From Octopus vulgaris (Eukaryota), in contig OX597815.1 in NCBI GenBank assembly GCA_951406725.2, positions 189,740,001-189,864,000 of the forward strand: a DNA stretch of 124,000 nt, read 5' to 3'. Shown here in pieces: positions 82,572-97,636 of this stretch; the first letter of the stretch is position 1, and every line of letters begins with the position of its first letter. Made by a program: the position numbers and the translations under genes. Below the pieces are notes generated by a model. It was not told the DNA's origin. It made no database searches and was given only the letters and a program-made list of their open reading frames with translations.

Positions 82572-84661
82572 GTATATGTATATATATATGTATATATATA
82601 TATTTATATATATATACCATCCAAACGTGGTCAATGCCAGCACCGCTTTTGTGCCAGTGGCATGTAAAAAGCACCATCCAATGATAGTCGATGCCAGCTC
82701 CTCTGGTCCTTGTGCTGGTGGCACGTAAAAAGCACCAACTACACTCTTGCAGTGGTTGGTGTTAGGAATGGCATTGAGCTGTAGAAACACTGCCAGACAA
82801 GATTGGGGCCTGGTGCATGTATATATATATATATATATATATATTCAATGGGCTTCTTTCAGTTTCTACCTACCAAATCCACTCACAAGGCTTTGGTCAA
82901 CCTGAGGCTATAGTAGAAAACACATGCCCAAGGTGACACACAGTGGGACTGAACCAGGAACCATGTGGTTCGGAAGGAAACTCCTTACCACACAGCCACT
83001 CCTGCACTTATGTAGATTACAATCTCATCACTGCTCTTTTACACACACATACACAGCTTGTGTAAGATACCTGACAGAAAAATATTTAATTAACTGCATT
83101 TAAAAAAATGTATATTTATTCTGTTCTGACATAATTTTGGCATTCGTTTCTGAAGTGAAAGCATGTGGGTCTGAGAAGAGTTAAAATATGAAGAATAACA
83201 ATAAATTTCAGTTTATTCTTGTTCAAGTTTTAATTACTATGAAGATAATATTTGATTAGTTACTTGTGTGTCATTAGTTCACCTGGGTAGGCAGACAGGG
83301 GGAAGTGTATTTCATTGTGGTACCACTTATAGCTTTAGTTTTTCTTAAAGTATGAATATTTTGAAAGTTATCAAATACAATATTGTTTTATTCTTTTATC
83401 CTTTTATTTGTTTCAGTCATTTGACTGCGGACATGCTAGAGCACCGCCTTTAGTTGAGAAATTTTATTTCGGAAAGCCAATTCACATAGTTGTACTAACA
83501 TCGCTGGGATGTGAATGAAGAATGTTTTGTCAAGAGGAATTCAAAACGTGCATGTAGGTACAGGTATGGCTTTGGAGTAAGAAGTTTGCTCCCCAACCAC
83601 ATGGTTCTAGGTTCAGTCTCACGGAAAGTGTCTTCTTCTATAACCTTGAACCTTGTAAGTGGATTCGGTAGGCAAAAACTGTGCATTCACTCAAACCAAC
83701 GAGGGAGTCTCTAAATGGTTGCTCGCTCTGGTAAAAATAGCAGTCAAATTACTGTAAAAATTACATCTTTTGCATGAACCAGTCTTTCCAAAATAAAGAA
83801 ATATGAACATTGCAGATTTTGGAAAAGAAGAGTGTGGAAAATATTTTGAAGAAACAAAAAAAGGCTGATCAACAGACAAGAAATATTAAACATGGTGCCA
83901 AGATTTAAAAGTTTGAATGAAGGCTTCCACAGGAATTTTGAGAATTAATGATAAAACAGAGAGTTTGAAAGAAAATAAATGGACAGGTCTTTATATTATT
84001 CATTAAATTTCAAACATGTGCAAAAAATGTTTTAAAAATAAAAGCAGATAAGAAATAAAAATATAAAAATGTGAACACACACAAAGACAAAAAATGAATT
84101 GCCAGATAATAATAGAACCATTATTCTGCTTTTGGAAAGGAATAAAACCACAAGGAAAGTAGATGATTTTGTTTTTTAAAGTGAAAGCTAAAATAAGGAG
84201 AAACTAAAAGTACTTAATCCTTGGAAATCATAAATAGTAATCCCTTGGTTATCACGGATATCGATTACATTGAACCCAGTATGCAACTGGTACTTATTTT
84301 ATCAACCCTGAAAGGATAAAAGGCAAAGTCGACCTTGGCAGAATTTGAACTCAGAACACAAAGACAGATGAAATACCACTAAGCATTTTACCTAGTGATA
84401 CTACCCGTTCAAAGCCTTCGTTAAGTGTGTTGTATCAGTAGAGATTTTTTTGTAAGAGATTTTCATATTTCCATGTAAATCCTTCGCAGTTTATTTGTTT
84501 ATTTGAAAATTGTTATCAAAATTTGCAGACTAGCTCAACCTCATCAAAGTCAGGAGTGTTGTTAGCTAATGTACTGCCTCTTTTACAGTGTGGAACTTCT
84601 GCTTCTGCTGACTTATTGCAAGAATTTAGATGCTAAGAGGTTTCGTATTACCAGGCATCTA

Positions 84662-85224
84662 TTGGGTTGTCCAGAAAGTTCATGCCGATTTTTAAAGGAA
84701 AGAAAAAGGTCAGTAAATACTTGCCATTACATTTTTAATCAACCAAATATGAACCATTTTGTTGCACAATGAATCTCCATCTTTCCTTTAACTTGAAAAT
84801 ACCCTCTTCCCAGAATTGAGGTCGTTTCATGGCAAAGAATTCATCAACGTATCTTTTTACGTCATCCAAGGAATTGAAATTTTTACCATTAAGACTATTC
84901 TGCCGAGACCTGAATAAGTGGAAATCCAAAGGAGCAATATCTAGTGAATATGGAGGGTGGGGTAACACATCCCAGCTGAGCTGTAGCAATTTTTGTCTGG
85001 TTCCCAAAGCATCAAGTGCCGAAAATGAACTTTCTTATCTTCCAAATTAAAGGGTTTGAGAATTAACACAGGTTATAGGAACATAAACCTTCTTCCACGA
85101 AAAGATAGCTTAAACTGTGCTCTAAATGGAGGTGTAGTCAAATCCTATTTTATGGACTCAACCATGTTCTAAAATAAGTTGAAAGGTAAGCTACTATAAG
85201 TTGGCACAAACTTTCCAGACAACC
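84662..85224 (-). mobile_element. Internally deleted mariner element, same derivative as 68691-69256
   Basis: LPHPPYSLDIAPLDFHLFRS..WEEGIFKLKERWRFIVQQNGSYLVD; TIR TTGGGTTGTCCAGAAAGTT. Confidence 0.9.
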
Positions 85225-85361
85225 ACAGGAGTAGCTGTGTGGTAAGCAGCTTGCTTACCAACCACATGGCACCTTGGGCAAGTGTCTTTTACTATAGCCT
85301 CAGGCCGACCAAAGCCTTGTGAGTGGATTTGGTAGACGGAAACTGAAAGAAGCCCGTTGTA

Positions 85362-85416
<55 letters not shown>

Positions 85417-87745
85417 ATATATTTGTGAGTCTCTTTGTCCCCCCACCAACATCGTTTGACAACTGATGGTGGTGTGTTTACATCCTCGTAACTTAGCGGT
85501 TCAGCAAGAGAGACAGATAGAATAAGTACTAGGCTTCCAAAGAATAAGTCCTGGGGTCAATTTGCTCGACTAAAGGCAGTGCTCCAGCATGACAGCAATC
85601 AAATGACTGAAACAAGTAAAAGAGAAAAGAGAGAAACCCAATATTTTAACCATTAGTATTATGCATCATCAATCATCTGCTTATCCTGTTTGTATTATCT
85701 GTATTTTATTGTTCATTTAATTTATCTTTGCATTTTGATATGTGCATTTATTACATAATCAAGCCTCTCTTTTTATGAGGAATTCTATCTTGTGTGGGTG
85801 TATTATCTATTAGCATTTTTCTGTCTAGTTTTGTTTACGATGTGCAGTATTGTAATTTCTCCTTATTGTTTATGCATAAGGGAGTGCTGTGCTCACATGG
85901 TTAATGTAACAGTTAGACTCATCAAGTTTACAACTTATAGATTTACAGGTGAATCTATAAATTATGAATGATGACATGTAATTATAAAGGCCAAAATATA
86001 TGCTTGATACTGTGGGATTCTGTCAAGTTCAGGCAGTAAAGCCTGCATAAATAAAAGTCACCCATTATGTATGTGACAGTTTATAAGCCAACAACACTTC
86101 ATATCCAGATGATGAGACAGAGACAGTTTGACAACATCAATAATAATGAATTCAAGAACTTCATCTTGGAACTAAGTGAACTGAGCGATCATATACAGAA
86201 ATACAAAAATATCTTCATAAGAATGATTAAATTGGAAATTCCGTTTTTGTTATGTCTAAAAGAAATATTGTTTCCCATATACAAAAATACACATGCACAC
86301 ACACACAAACATATATATACATACACACTTGCTATATTATATTGAATTATTTTATACTAATAGGAGTAATAGTAGCTTTATTATGAAGCATTAGAATTGA
86401 CTCAACTGTGAAACTGCACTTCCTGTCTAATTTTACTGCGGTATTAAGTTGATTTACCTCATGATGAAAACTAATCAATTGCCACATTAATTTCTACCGT
86501 AAGTAGTAGTAGTAGTAGTAGTAGTAATAAATTTTTAAGACTATAAAAATAATAGTGTTATTCAATAAAATAATAATTTTTAATTACTGTTTTGTAAAAG
86601 AAAAAGAAAATAGAAATTTGTTTTGAAAACTATTTTCTAGAATAGTAATTTGTTTGTGAGAATGTTTTGTAAAATATTTTGTATACGATATAGTTTGTAC
86701 AATTGTTTGTAATTAAATGACTGGAATAAATAGGAAAGTGTTTTTGTATCCGAAGTGATAGAATGAGGGCCCACCAACTGTGGAGTTAAAGGTTATTATT
86801 GCTCCGTTGGTCAGACATTTAACTCTGAATGGCCCTATAGAAACACTGAATATTGAACAAAGAGTTTCATTAGTTTTGCAGCCTAAGGTTTAAATTTTCC
86901 ATACAGACTGAAGTAAACAACAAGGAACTTCTCAAGTGCAATATATCTTGAAAATTCAATAGAAATTACAAGATCTTCAAAGGTCAGAATTGAAATCAGC
87001 TAGGGAGTTTGTTGCTAACAGTAAAAAAGTTGTAAATTCTAAAGAATATTAAATATACTTTATAATAATAGCTTGCTTATAGACCATGCAGTTTAGAAAT
87101 AAATATTTAATTCACAATAGGGGAAAAATTCATGATATTATAAAAATCAGAAGTAAAATATGAGCCAGAAGCCATCTATATTAAAACATTAGATAAAAAT
87201 GTAATATCAGCTGGTTTTTTTTATTTTTTTATCAACTTTACAAGTGAACTCTTTGAAAATTCAATTATAAAATATAGCTTTCTATGTATTAAATTCTGTG
87301 GTTACTGAGTTCATACGCTGAAGGATTTTTTAATACTAACTAGTGTAACCATTAGTTTAACATGAACTCTTAACAAAAAAAGTTTTATTTACACTTGTTT
87401 TACTTGAAAGTTCTCAAATTACACTATCTGCTACTGACTTGAAGAAAAAAGCATTCTCTATTATTGAAGAATTATAATAACTTCATGATGAAGTATAAAT
87501 TATCATGAATAGGAATTAATACACAATTCTAGATGCTGACAGAAGCCTACAGACTACCAGTTCCATTTTATCGAATTCTGAGAGCTGAAAAGCAGTTGGT
87601 TTTATTCAGTTACAAGACTGTGTTTTCTTCTTTTAAAAATGAAATGAATTTAGGCGATTATTTCAAACACCCTATATTGTTAGAAATTATATTGAAGTTA
87701 CAAAAGAAAACCCCTAAAAATTAGGGAAACTGAATTGCTAAATAT

Positions 87746-87803
<58 letters not shown>

Positions 87804-88011
87804 AACTCTTTTACTTGCTTCAGTCATTTGACTGTGGGCATGCTGGAGCACCACCTTTTAGTCGAGCAAATCGACCCCAGGACTTATTCTTTTGTAAGCC
87901 CAGTACTTATTCTATTGGTCTCTTTTGCCAAACTGCTAAGTTATGAGGACGTAAACACACCAGCATCAGTTGTCAAGCAATGTTGGGGAGGGGGACGAAT
88001 ACAGACACATT

Positions 88012-88052
<41 letters not shown>

Positions 88053-89584
88053 CATATATACGATGGGCTTCTTTCAGTTTCTGTCTACCAAATCCACTCA
88101 CAAGGCTTTGGTTGGCCTGAGGCTATAGTAGAAGACACTTGCCTAAGATACCACGCAGTGGGACTGAACCTGGAACCATGTGATTGGTAAGCAAGCAACT
88201 TACCACACAGTCACTTCTACGCCTACAGTATTTCATTGAACTCAGAACATTGGCAGTTTGGAACAAGATACAACTCGGTATTTATTTCATCTCTCACCTG
88301 TTTGAATCCTACTTTTCATAATTTGTATTAATTGTGTAGGCTGGTATGAAATTTTAAAACTTAATACTGATATCTAACCACAGGAGTGACACTTAGAATA
88401 TCTTGAATATATCTGAAATGAACTGAAATATACAGATGTGTTTCATTAAAAATAGGTCCTAAATGATTAATGGTATTTAGGAAACTAAATTTATTTTAAC
88501 TCAGAAAGCACAAAGCTGGAAGATATTGCAAAGCATTTCATCCAATGCTCTGAGAATTATACTGATCCTTTACTCTGTTTTTTTTTTTGTTTTTGTTTTT
88601 TGGGTTTTTTTTTGTCATTCTTCCCAGGACAGCTTTGTCTTTTGTCCTTTTGAGGTACCCAAAGAGATGAATAGTAAAACTGACTTTGGCAATATTTGAA
88701 CTTAGAGAGATAGGACAAATACCACAAGGCATTCCATGCAACACTCGAACAGACCATGGTACATAGTGCAGCTACTGGCTTTGCCATCTCCTGTCAAACT
88801 GTCCAACCCATGCCATCAGAGAAAACAGATGTTAACTGATGATGTGGATGACATTAATTACTACACCTGTCCACCAAGGACAGGTGTAGTAATTAATCAT
88901 AGTTATAGTGGAGATAATAATAGTTTATAATGGAGCAACTACTTTACAATTTTACTCACCGGTAAAATTTCCACTTATTTCTTATTTTTATTTTCCTAAA
89001 ATTTTCATTTCATCTTGCAACCTTTTCAATATTGAAAAGGTTGCAAGAGGCAATGAAAATTCTAAGAAAATAAAAATAAGAAATAAGTGGAAATTTTACC
89101 GGTGAGTGTGTTATATTATAAGGCACAAAAAGAAAATTACTCTCCCCAGACAACAGACTATGGTTTTTAAAATTTCAGATATGGCGCCTTCTTTCAAATG
89201 GATTTTTGAGTCTATACAAAACTTTATGATTCTTTATTAATTAGCTAAACAGCTTTTAATTCAAATTTGGTCTACATGGCATAAACTTTGTTTTCTTTTT
89301 CTTTCTTTTCCCTTTTTTTTTTCTTTTTTGAAGCACCAGAATGGCAACTGCAAATGGCAAACAACATTCGCAAGAGAGCAAATACTTGCTTGCAACAAAG
89401 TTAGAGAAGATTTTACTAATCAGAGACAACATTTTAATCCAATTTGTGAAAGGGGGGGAAATGTCTAGCAACGGGTAGTAGGCACAAAAAGAAAATGACT
89501 CTCCCCTGACACAACAGAATATGCTTCAACACACAAACTCATATAAAGAATCTTGCAAACTAAATCCAAAATCGAAATATAATA

Positions 89585-90400
89585 CAAGAGCTGATCTAAA
89601 AGTATCAGGACTGGTGCTATAAAAAGAAAACTACAAAACATATCATTTTGGCATTTAATCTCCTTCGAAGTAGTCCCCTTCTGAAGCCATGCACATTATC
89701 CAGTGTTGCTCCCATTGGAGGAAGCATTCCTGGAACTCCTGTTTTGGGGATAATGAGCAACTGCATCCTCTTGGATTTCCTTAATGTCTTGAAATCTTTA
89801 TCCTTGCAAGAGAGATTTGATTTTTGAAAAGATTCTTGACCATAATAACCTTCAAGCCATGTCTCTTTCCTATTTCTTTACTACCCACAAGGGGCTAAAC
89901 ACAGAGAGAACAAACAAGGACAGACAAACGGATTAAGTTGATTATATCGACCCCAGTGCGTAACTGGTACTTATTCAATCGACCCCGAAAGAATGAAAGG
90001 CAAAGTCGACCTCGGCAGAATTTGAACTCAGAAGGTAGCGGCAGACGAAATACCACTAAGCATTTCGCCCGGTGTGCTAACGTTTCCACCAGCTCGACGC
90101 CTTCAAACCATGTGTCTTTCCATGTTCACATGCACACACACACACACACACACATATTTTCTCTGCCGTGGTCACTGATGGAACGTCTGTGGTTTGACCA
90201 CATTCTAAACACTTTACTTTGAAGCACTACTATAAACAATGGAAGTGAGCAGGAAGGTCATAACTTACTGTTCGTGCTCATCAGAGTTCAAGGTCAATCT
90301 GTGCCAAGTGGCTTTTCTCTGCATACTTTAGTTCCGTTACCTTGGCAACAGCCCCAATACTTTTTTGATCAGACCTCGTATTCTTAAATTCCATCACTAG
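89585..90400 (-). mobile_element. Decayed mariner-like element with a nested SINE family 2 copy
   Basis: C-terminal FQECFLQWEQHWIMCMASEGDYFEGD*; TA-flanked terminal sequence at 89585. Confidence 0.55.
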
Positions 90401-90643
90401 AAATAAAATGCATTGCTGAGCAAGAAATATAACACTTAATAGCTAAGTCCACTTTTGGAAACTTATAAGGAGAAACAAATTATTGATTTTAGTCAGATAT
90501 ATTGCATAATTGATAGGCATTGTCATTATTTTGAAGTGGTACCTTAAAAGTACTCCATGGGGTACTGTAACCATAAGTATGTCATTAGTAGTATTGTCAG
90601 TGATTGCTAATTTCATAAGAATGTTTTATTTTCTTGGCTTCAG

Positions 90644-90694
90644 GCAATTTAAATGAACCAGAGAAATGTATAACGATTACTACACTTATATCAG
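90644..90694 (+). CDS. Candidate isolated exon (GNLNEPEKCITITTLIS)
   Basis: Acceptor TTTTCTTGGCTTCAG|G, donor CAG|GTTAGG, 51 nt, phase 1-1. Confidence 0.2.
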
Positions 90695-92399
90695 GTTAGG
90701 CAACCGTGTATTTTCTTTGCGGTAGTACACCTGTTTCTGTCTTCATTCCTGATCATTCTCTCTCTCTGGCCAGGTAACCTTGAACTTCATCTACAGCAAG
90801 ACACCTGTATCTCTCTCATTATAACCGTTTCATCATCACCTCCTCCAATGCCTCCTCCCCTCTTAAAAGTTTTTGTCTTGCAGGTACTTGGTGACCCTGT
90901 CAGTATAGGTAACACATAAAAGCACCCTGTCCACTCTGCTGAGTGGTTAGTGTTAGGAAGGGCACCCAGCTGTAAAAACCTTGCCAAAACTGACCTCACC
91001 TGTGCTTGTGCCCCATAAAAAGCACCAAGTCCACTCTGCTGAGTGGTTGGTGTTCGGAAGGGCATCCAGCTGTAAAAATCCTGCCAAAACAGTCACAGAA
91101 GTCTGGTGCAGGCTTCAGTCTGGCTGGCTCTTGTGGTACTGTCCCACCCAAGCTAGCATGGAAACGGATGTTAAATGATGATGATGATGATGATAACCCA
91201 CCTTACCACAAAATCTTTGGCATCATACCTGCCTAACAATAGAAAAGTTATTCTTCACATAAGGCAGCAAGCTGGCCGAATCGTAAGCACGCTGGACAAA
91301 ATGCTTAGGTGTATTTCCCTCATCGTTACGTTCTGAGTTCAAATTCCACCGAGGTCGACTTTGCCTTTCATCTTTTCAGGGTCGATAAATTAAGTACCAG
91401 TTACGCACTGGGGTCGATGTAATCGACCATCCCCCTCTCCCAAATTTCAGGCCTAGTGCCAGTAGTAGAAAGGATTCTTCGCATAAGACACAGTGACATA
91501 ATAACAAACAATGCATGGAACTGGACTGCTCGTTAAATGTGGGAGAGGTTTGTTACTGCAGAATATGACTTTATCAATCCAACATTAAGGATCTCCAGAA
91601 ACATCGTTGCTTCCAAAAGGGGATTAAAAGTAATATTATAGCACAAGAACAAGCAAAGCAAAATAAACCAAATTCAGAATTTCATATATTAATTGCATTT
91701 TTCTGAATATTGGCAGAAACTTTAATATCAACATTAACTTATTTTGAAAAACCTTATATATATTGTTTCCTAATTGATTTTCTTGGAAGAAAATGTATGT
91801 AAGATTGGGATAAAAAGTTATTTTCAGTATTTGAAGGAATGGACTGTTGGCGATTAATGAGCCATTAAAAAACCATTAGCAAGACATTTCAAAAACCTGA
91901 TTTTGGTTTTATAGACAAATGCCTAGATAAGAGATAGTGAAGATTCTATATAATGTCTTGTCCAATCAATATTTTCTCCAATAACGATTTCATGCGAATG
92001 GAAAATAAAACAAATAAAAATGAAAGTTTGAAAGGAAAACAAATGCTAAAATAAAACAAGAAAAAAGAGAATGTTTCATTAGAGTCTTCCTTTGAGGAAT
92101 GTCTGCATAGGTAATATCACTCTTTCTGCTGAAATCTTTTGGTGCTTACTGATTGTGTTGAAATATTTTTTTACATTTATTTTTTTATATTATTTTATAT
92201 TATTTCATTTGTTTGTTTATTTATTCATTTTTTTCTTTTTTTAAAAATAGTCTTCTCTCAAATAGCTTCTAAAAGCCAAATTTTAAACTTTCGGTAGTTT
92301 TCACTTAAGGCAATATTTTATATATATACACACTTATTATGGAAACATATGCATGCATGTTTATATATACATGCATATATGTAGGTATATATCTGCATA

Positions 92400-92455
<56 letters not shown>

Positions 92456-92963
92456 TGCATATATATATATACTCATACATGTATATATATTTATATATAT
92501 AAATATATATTCATACATGTACTTATGTGCATGCATATATAAATATATATGTGTGTTTATATATATATATATGCTAGCATTGACCATGGACATTAAATAA
92601 TGATGATATACATATATATATGTATATATATGTATGTGTGTGTATGTATATATACATATATACATATATATATACATATATATATATAATACATATATAT
92701 ATATACACATATATACATATATATATATACATGAAGGCGGCGAGCTGGTAGAAACGTTAGCACGCCGGGCGAAATTCGTAGCCGTATTTCGTCTGTCGTT
92801 ACGTTCCGAGTTCAAATTCCGCCGAGGTCGACTTTGCCTTTCATCCTTTCGGGGTCGATAAATTAAGTACCAGTTACGCACTGGGGTCGATGTAGTCGAC
92901 TTAATCCCTTTGTCTGTCCTTGTTTGTCCCCTCTGTGTTTAGCCCCTTGTGGGTAGTAAAGAA

Positions 92964-93016
<53 letters not shown>

Positions 93017-93505
93017 CATACACACATATATATACATACATATACATATACATGTGCTTACTATACGTGTATGTATTTATGTATGTATATATCTATCTTT
93101 CTACTATCTATTAACTATCTATCTATCATATATATATATATATATATACATTATATTATATTATATGCATATACTCATGTGATTGTGAGGAGATGCAGAG
93201 GCATAGACATGTAAAAGTAACAAACTTCTGCGAGGAGCAAAACACAACAATTGCTGCATGCTCAATGTGGTTACAACTGTCATTGGTTTGGTGTGATGGC
93301 TGCTTGGTTAACAGCAAAAGTATACTATCAAGCATTTCAAGTGAACTTTTCAGGTTGTTTCAGTACAGCTCAGCACTGCTGGACGACTGAAAGTACTGTT
93401 AAAAGTACGGAAAATGTGGACATTTCTGGCTGACAACCAATAGAGGGAGTGTCCCCTAGGGTAAGCCATATAGAAGTATGTGCATGCAAAAACTCACACA
93501 TATAG

Positions 93506-93546
<41 letters not shown>

Positions 93547-94030
93547 GGTATTTTGTTCTGTACAGCATCCAGCTGTAAAAAAACCTTGTCAAAACTGATC
93601 TTAGTAATCTATGCAGGTTAAATAAAAGCTAGTATGGTATATTAATTTTTATTTGGTTACAAAATATTAAGATTTGAAATCTTAATATTTTGTAACCAAA
93701 TAAAAAATTAATATACCATACTAGCTTTTATTTAACCTGCATAGATTACTAAGAAATTTCATTTTATATATAAATCTAAATATAATGAAATTAGAATTTT
93801 TTGCTACTCTCCTACATAGAATGGAAAAAAAATTCTATATATCTAGGGAAATTACTTAGTTCATCTTGATTACCTCCCTTCCACTACTGTTTAATATATC
93901 TTATTAACTCCTGGTATATTTACTAAGTTGATAAAATTCTTCTCCATAGTTAGTAAATATTATGTCTAACATATTCTTTTAATTCGACTCTTTAATAAAA
94001 TAAATCACCATTTAGTAACTAATTATGATT

Positions 94031-94382
94031 TTGATTTTGATTTTGATTTTTCCAGTTTCAGCTAATGAGCTGTGGCCATGCTGGGGCACCGCCATTTGGT
94101 TTGCTACACGGTTTTACCTCACGGATGCTTTTTAGCAAACGCCATCTGATGCATGAGAGAGTTCGATGCAGCTGCCCGCATCTGCACCTCCTGCCGTGAA
94201 GTTGGTTCATCCGGGACACCTGACAGGAAGAGATCCAGTCCTACTTTAAAGACATCTGCATCTACACCATGCAGGTCCCTCAGGTTATTCGGGAGGATAT
94301 TGAAGAGCCGTGGGCCTCTGAAGCCCAGGCTATCACAATATCTTGTCCTACATCTTGATGGCAAATTTGGAGTCCATTTGGA
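94031..94382 (-). mobile_element. CR1/L2-group LINE 3' fragment
   Basis: LGFRGPRLFNILPNNLRDL..DVFKVGLDLFLSGVPDEP..RAAASNSLMHQ, 3' stem-loop and (AAAATC)n tail; TTATGATT duplication at the flanks. Confidence 0.8.
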
Positions 94383-95212
94383 GTTATGATTCTATATTTA
94401 TAGAAATGGACATATATATATATCTATATAAATATGAAATAATTGCAAAAAATTCTATATATCAAGAGAAATTACTTGGTTCATCTTGATTACCTCCCTT
94501 CCATTACTTTTTAATATATCTTATAGACTCCTGATATATTTGCTAAATTATTAAAGTTTTTTCCACAGTTAGTAAATACTATGTCTAACATTTTCTTTTA
94601 ATTCAACTCATTAATAAGATAAATTACCATTTACTAGCTAATTATGATTATATATTAATAGAAATGGATATATATATATATTTATATAAATATGAATTGA
94701 TTTCTATATTTTCTATAATATACTAATTTTTATTGAAATCCTTTAGAAGATTATCTAAAGGATATTTACTTAAATTTCTTAAGAGAGAATCTGGATGTCA
94801 AATAGTAAGATTTAGATTAAAACCTCTAGAGCACTAGTAGTCTATGTTCCCCCTACCCCTCTAACTTTAACCTACTAGCTTTTTGCTATAATACATTTAA
94901 ATATATCTAAACTGAATTCCTCAAAATGGGAATGGGTTTATGGTTTTGACATTTGTACTACCCCTTCCTGTATCTATAAATAGAAAAACTTCTTTGTCTC
95001 CATCCAACCAAAAATAAAATCCCTCCCCACTGACAGATCTAAATAACAAGGTGAACTCAATAATAAAATCTACAGTCAGAGAGTGAATATGCTACTATCA
95101 TGTTCTTAAGAATGAAATCAACCTCTCTGTTTATATATCTACCCTCTTTATAATGTTGGCAAATGAAATATGGATAAGAATGAGCATTGTCCGTTTGATT
95201 AGGAAATTCTAT

Positions 95213-95300
95213 AATGGCTGAAGATTGCTCGACATTTTAAAACTGATGTAATACTTACAGTGTTTAATAAAATGAAGTAACATGAAACAATTGTACTACT
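95213..95300 (+). ncRNA. Type I hammerhead motif, family A (weaker stem I)
   Basis: AAUGG-CUGAAGA-UUGCUC..GUAACAU-GAAA-CAAUUG-UA-CUACU. Confidence 0.6.
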
Positions 95301-95428
95301 CTACCTTGGATATACTTGTTGCTTATTTTGATTATAATCACCCCATTTGATTTATATGGATAATACCATACAAAATTCTGGTGCCTTTGACTTAAGTACC
95401 ATATTCATCTGAATCTAATTTTGCAGAA

Positions 95429-95490
<62 letters not shown>

Positions 95491-96609
95491 CATGTGTGTG
95501 TATATGTTTGTGTGTCTGTGTTTGTCCCTCCAACACCGCTTGACAACCGATGCTGGTGTGTTTACGTCCCTGTAAGCTAGCAGTTTGGCAAAAGAGACTG
95601 ATAGAATAAGTACTAGGCTTCCAAAGAATAAGTCCTGGGGTCGATTTGCTTGACTAAAGGCAGTGCTCCAGCATGGCCACAGTCAAATGACTGAAACAAG
95701 TAAAAGAGTAAAAAGAGAGAATATATATATATATATATATTATATTCACTGTACCATGCTACAAGTAAAATGAAGGGAAAACATTTGATCAGTTTATCCT
95801 GTAACTTTATTATCTCGTTTTACGTTGTATAATGTAGAGTGTTGGCACTTCTCCTTGTCATAAAGTGCATGGTTAAACTAGAAGTAAGTGTTGTACTTGT
95901 ATGCTATATTCGGTATGGTTTTATGCTATATTTTGCCAGTCATCCCTTCCAGTGTGTCCTATACACTTTGTAAAGTATTTTATGAACAAACAAGGACATT
96001 ATAACGTTGAGAGAATCCTTAGTCTGGTGTCCTTAGGGGCATACCAACCTCTCTAGTACTGGTACCATAATTTTATATTGTGAGTAAAATGTGAAAACTA
96101 AGCATCCAATTTTGTTTTGATGCTCAGCTGTTTTGACCAATATGTGAAATTTAATTGTAAATTTCATACATCATTAGTTTCATGTATATCATGTTTGTGA
96201 CATGTGTATTATTAATTTGTCAAGAAAGTTCTTGCAGTTTTTAACCTTTAAATACAGCTCAAACAAACTTTATTAATCGAAATAAACATCATCAAAATCA
96301 ACACACTTTTGCCAACGCGAAACAAGTTTATTTATGCTAAGTTTATTTTGCTGCTGCCATTAAATTCAATCCTTTTTTTCCCACAGGTAACGTAAAATGG
96401 CTCTCATCGCTATTTTTTTTATTTTACCACTCACTATCAAAGCTATAAGATAAAGAACAAACAATGAACATCAATATGTTATTAAAGAAAATAAAGAATA
96501 AGAAACCCAGCAATGAGTGGACAAGTTGTATTAGGTTATTCATAACATGGTGGTAGAAGTTGCCAAAAATCATCAGTGAAAATCCGAAATGACCTTCGAC
96601 TCAACCTGG

Positions 96610-96751
<142 letters not shown>

Positions 96752-96800
96752 TATATATACATATATGCACATATATACATACATATATATGCATATATAT

Positions 96801-96842
<42 letters not shown>

Positions 96843-97191
96843 GAGGCAGGGAGCAGGCAGAAACGTTAGCGCGCCGGACGAAATGCTTAGCGGTATTTCG
96901 GGGTCGATTAAATAAGTACTAGTTACACACTGGGGTCGATATAATCGACTTAATACGTTTGTCTGTCCTTGTTTGTCCCCTCTGTTTAGCCCCTTGTGGG
97001 TAGTAAAGAAATAGGTATTTCGTCTGTCATTACGTTCTGAGTTCAAATTCCGTCGAGGTCGACTTTGCCTTTCATCCTCTCGGGGTCGATAAATAAAGTA
97101 CCAGTTTCGCACTGGGTCGATGTAATCGACTTAATCCCTTTGTCTGTCCTTGTTTGTTCCTTCTATGTTTAGCCTCTTGTGGGTAGTAAAG

Positions 97192-97237
<46 letters not shown>

Positions 97238-97328
97238 ATGTGTGTGTAAATTCTAACTTGTCTTACCTCCTCCATCTCTCTCTCTCACTCACTGTGTATA
97301 CACGTGTCTGTATGCGCGTGAGTATAAA

Positions 97329-97373
<45 letters not shown>

Positions 97374-97594
97374 CATATATATATAGAGAGAGAGAGGTGG
97401 AGGAAGGACAGAGAGGACTTAACATAGGTCTGTAAAAGTTTAAAGAACAAACATTCAAAATTTAAATAACTGGCTCTCAAATATTAGAATCTTTCTACTG
97501 AATTAACAATATCATCACTGTGACGAAAATAGATATAATGGCAGAATATACATGTGTTCCAGACCTATCATTTAACTGATGCAGTTTATCTTAG

Positions 97595-97636
97595 CCAAAA
97601 TCAGTAAGAACTTGGAAGAACTAGAAGAATTAGAAG
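97595..97636 (+). CDS. Candidate micro-exon (KISKNLEELEELE)
   Basis: Consensus donor AAG|GTAAGT; acceptor TTTATCTTAG (alternative acceptor at 97585). Confidence 0.2.

Larger units (their letters stand above)
93600..95340 (+). mobile_element. PLE family A relic with a 5' inverted duplication (palindrome 93600-93753), two ~250-bp internal subrepeats and a terminal HHR
   Basis: Homologous to the region 3' of the GIY-YIG ORF at 7067; 1-nt-loop palindrome at the 5' end. Confidence 0.75.
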
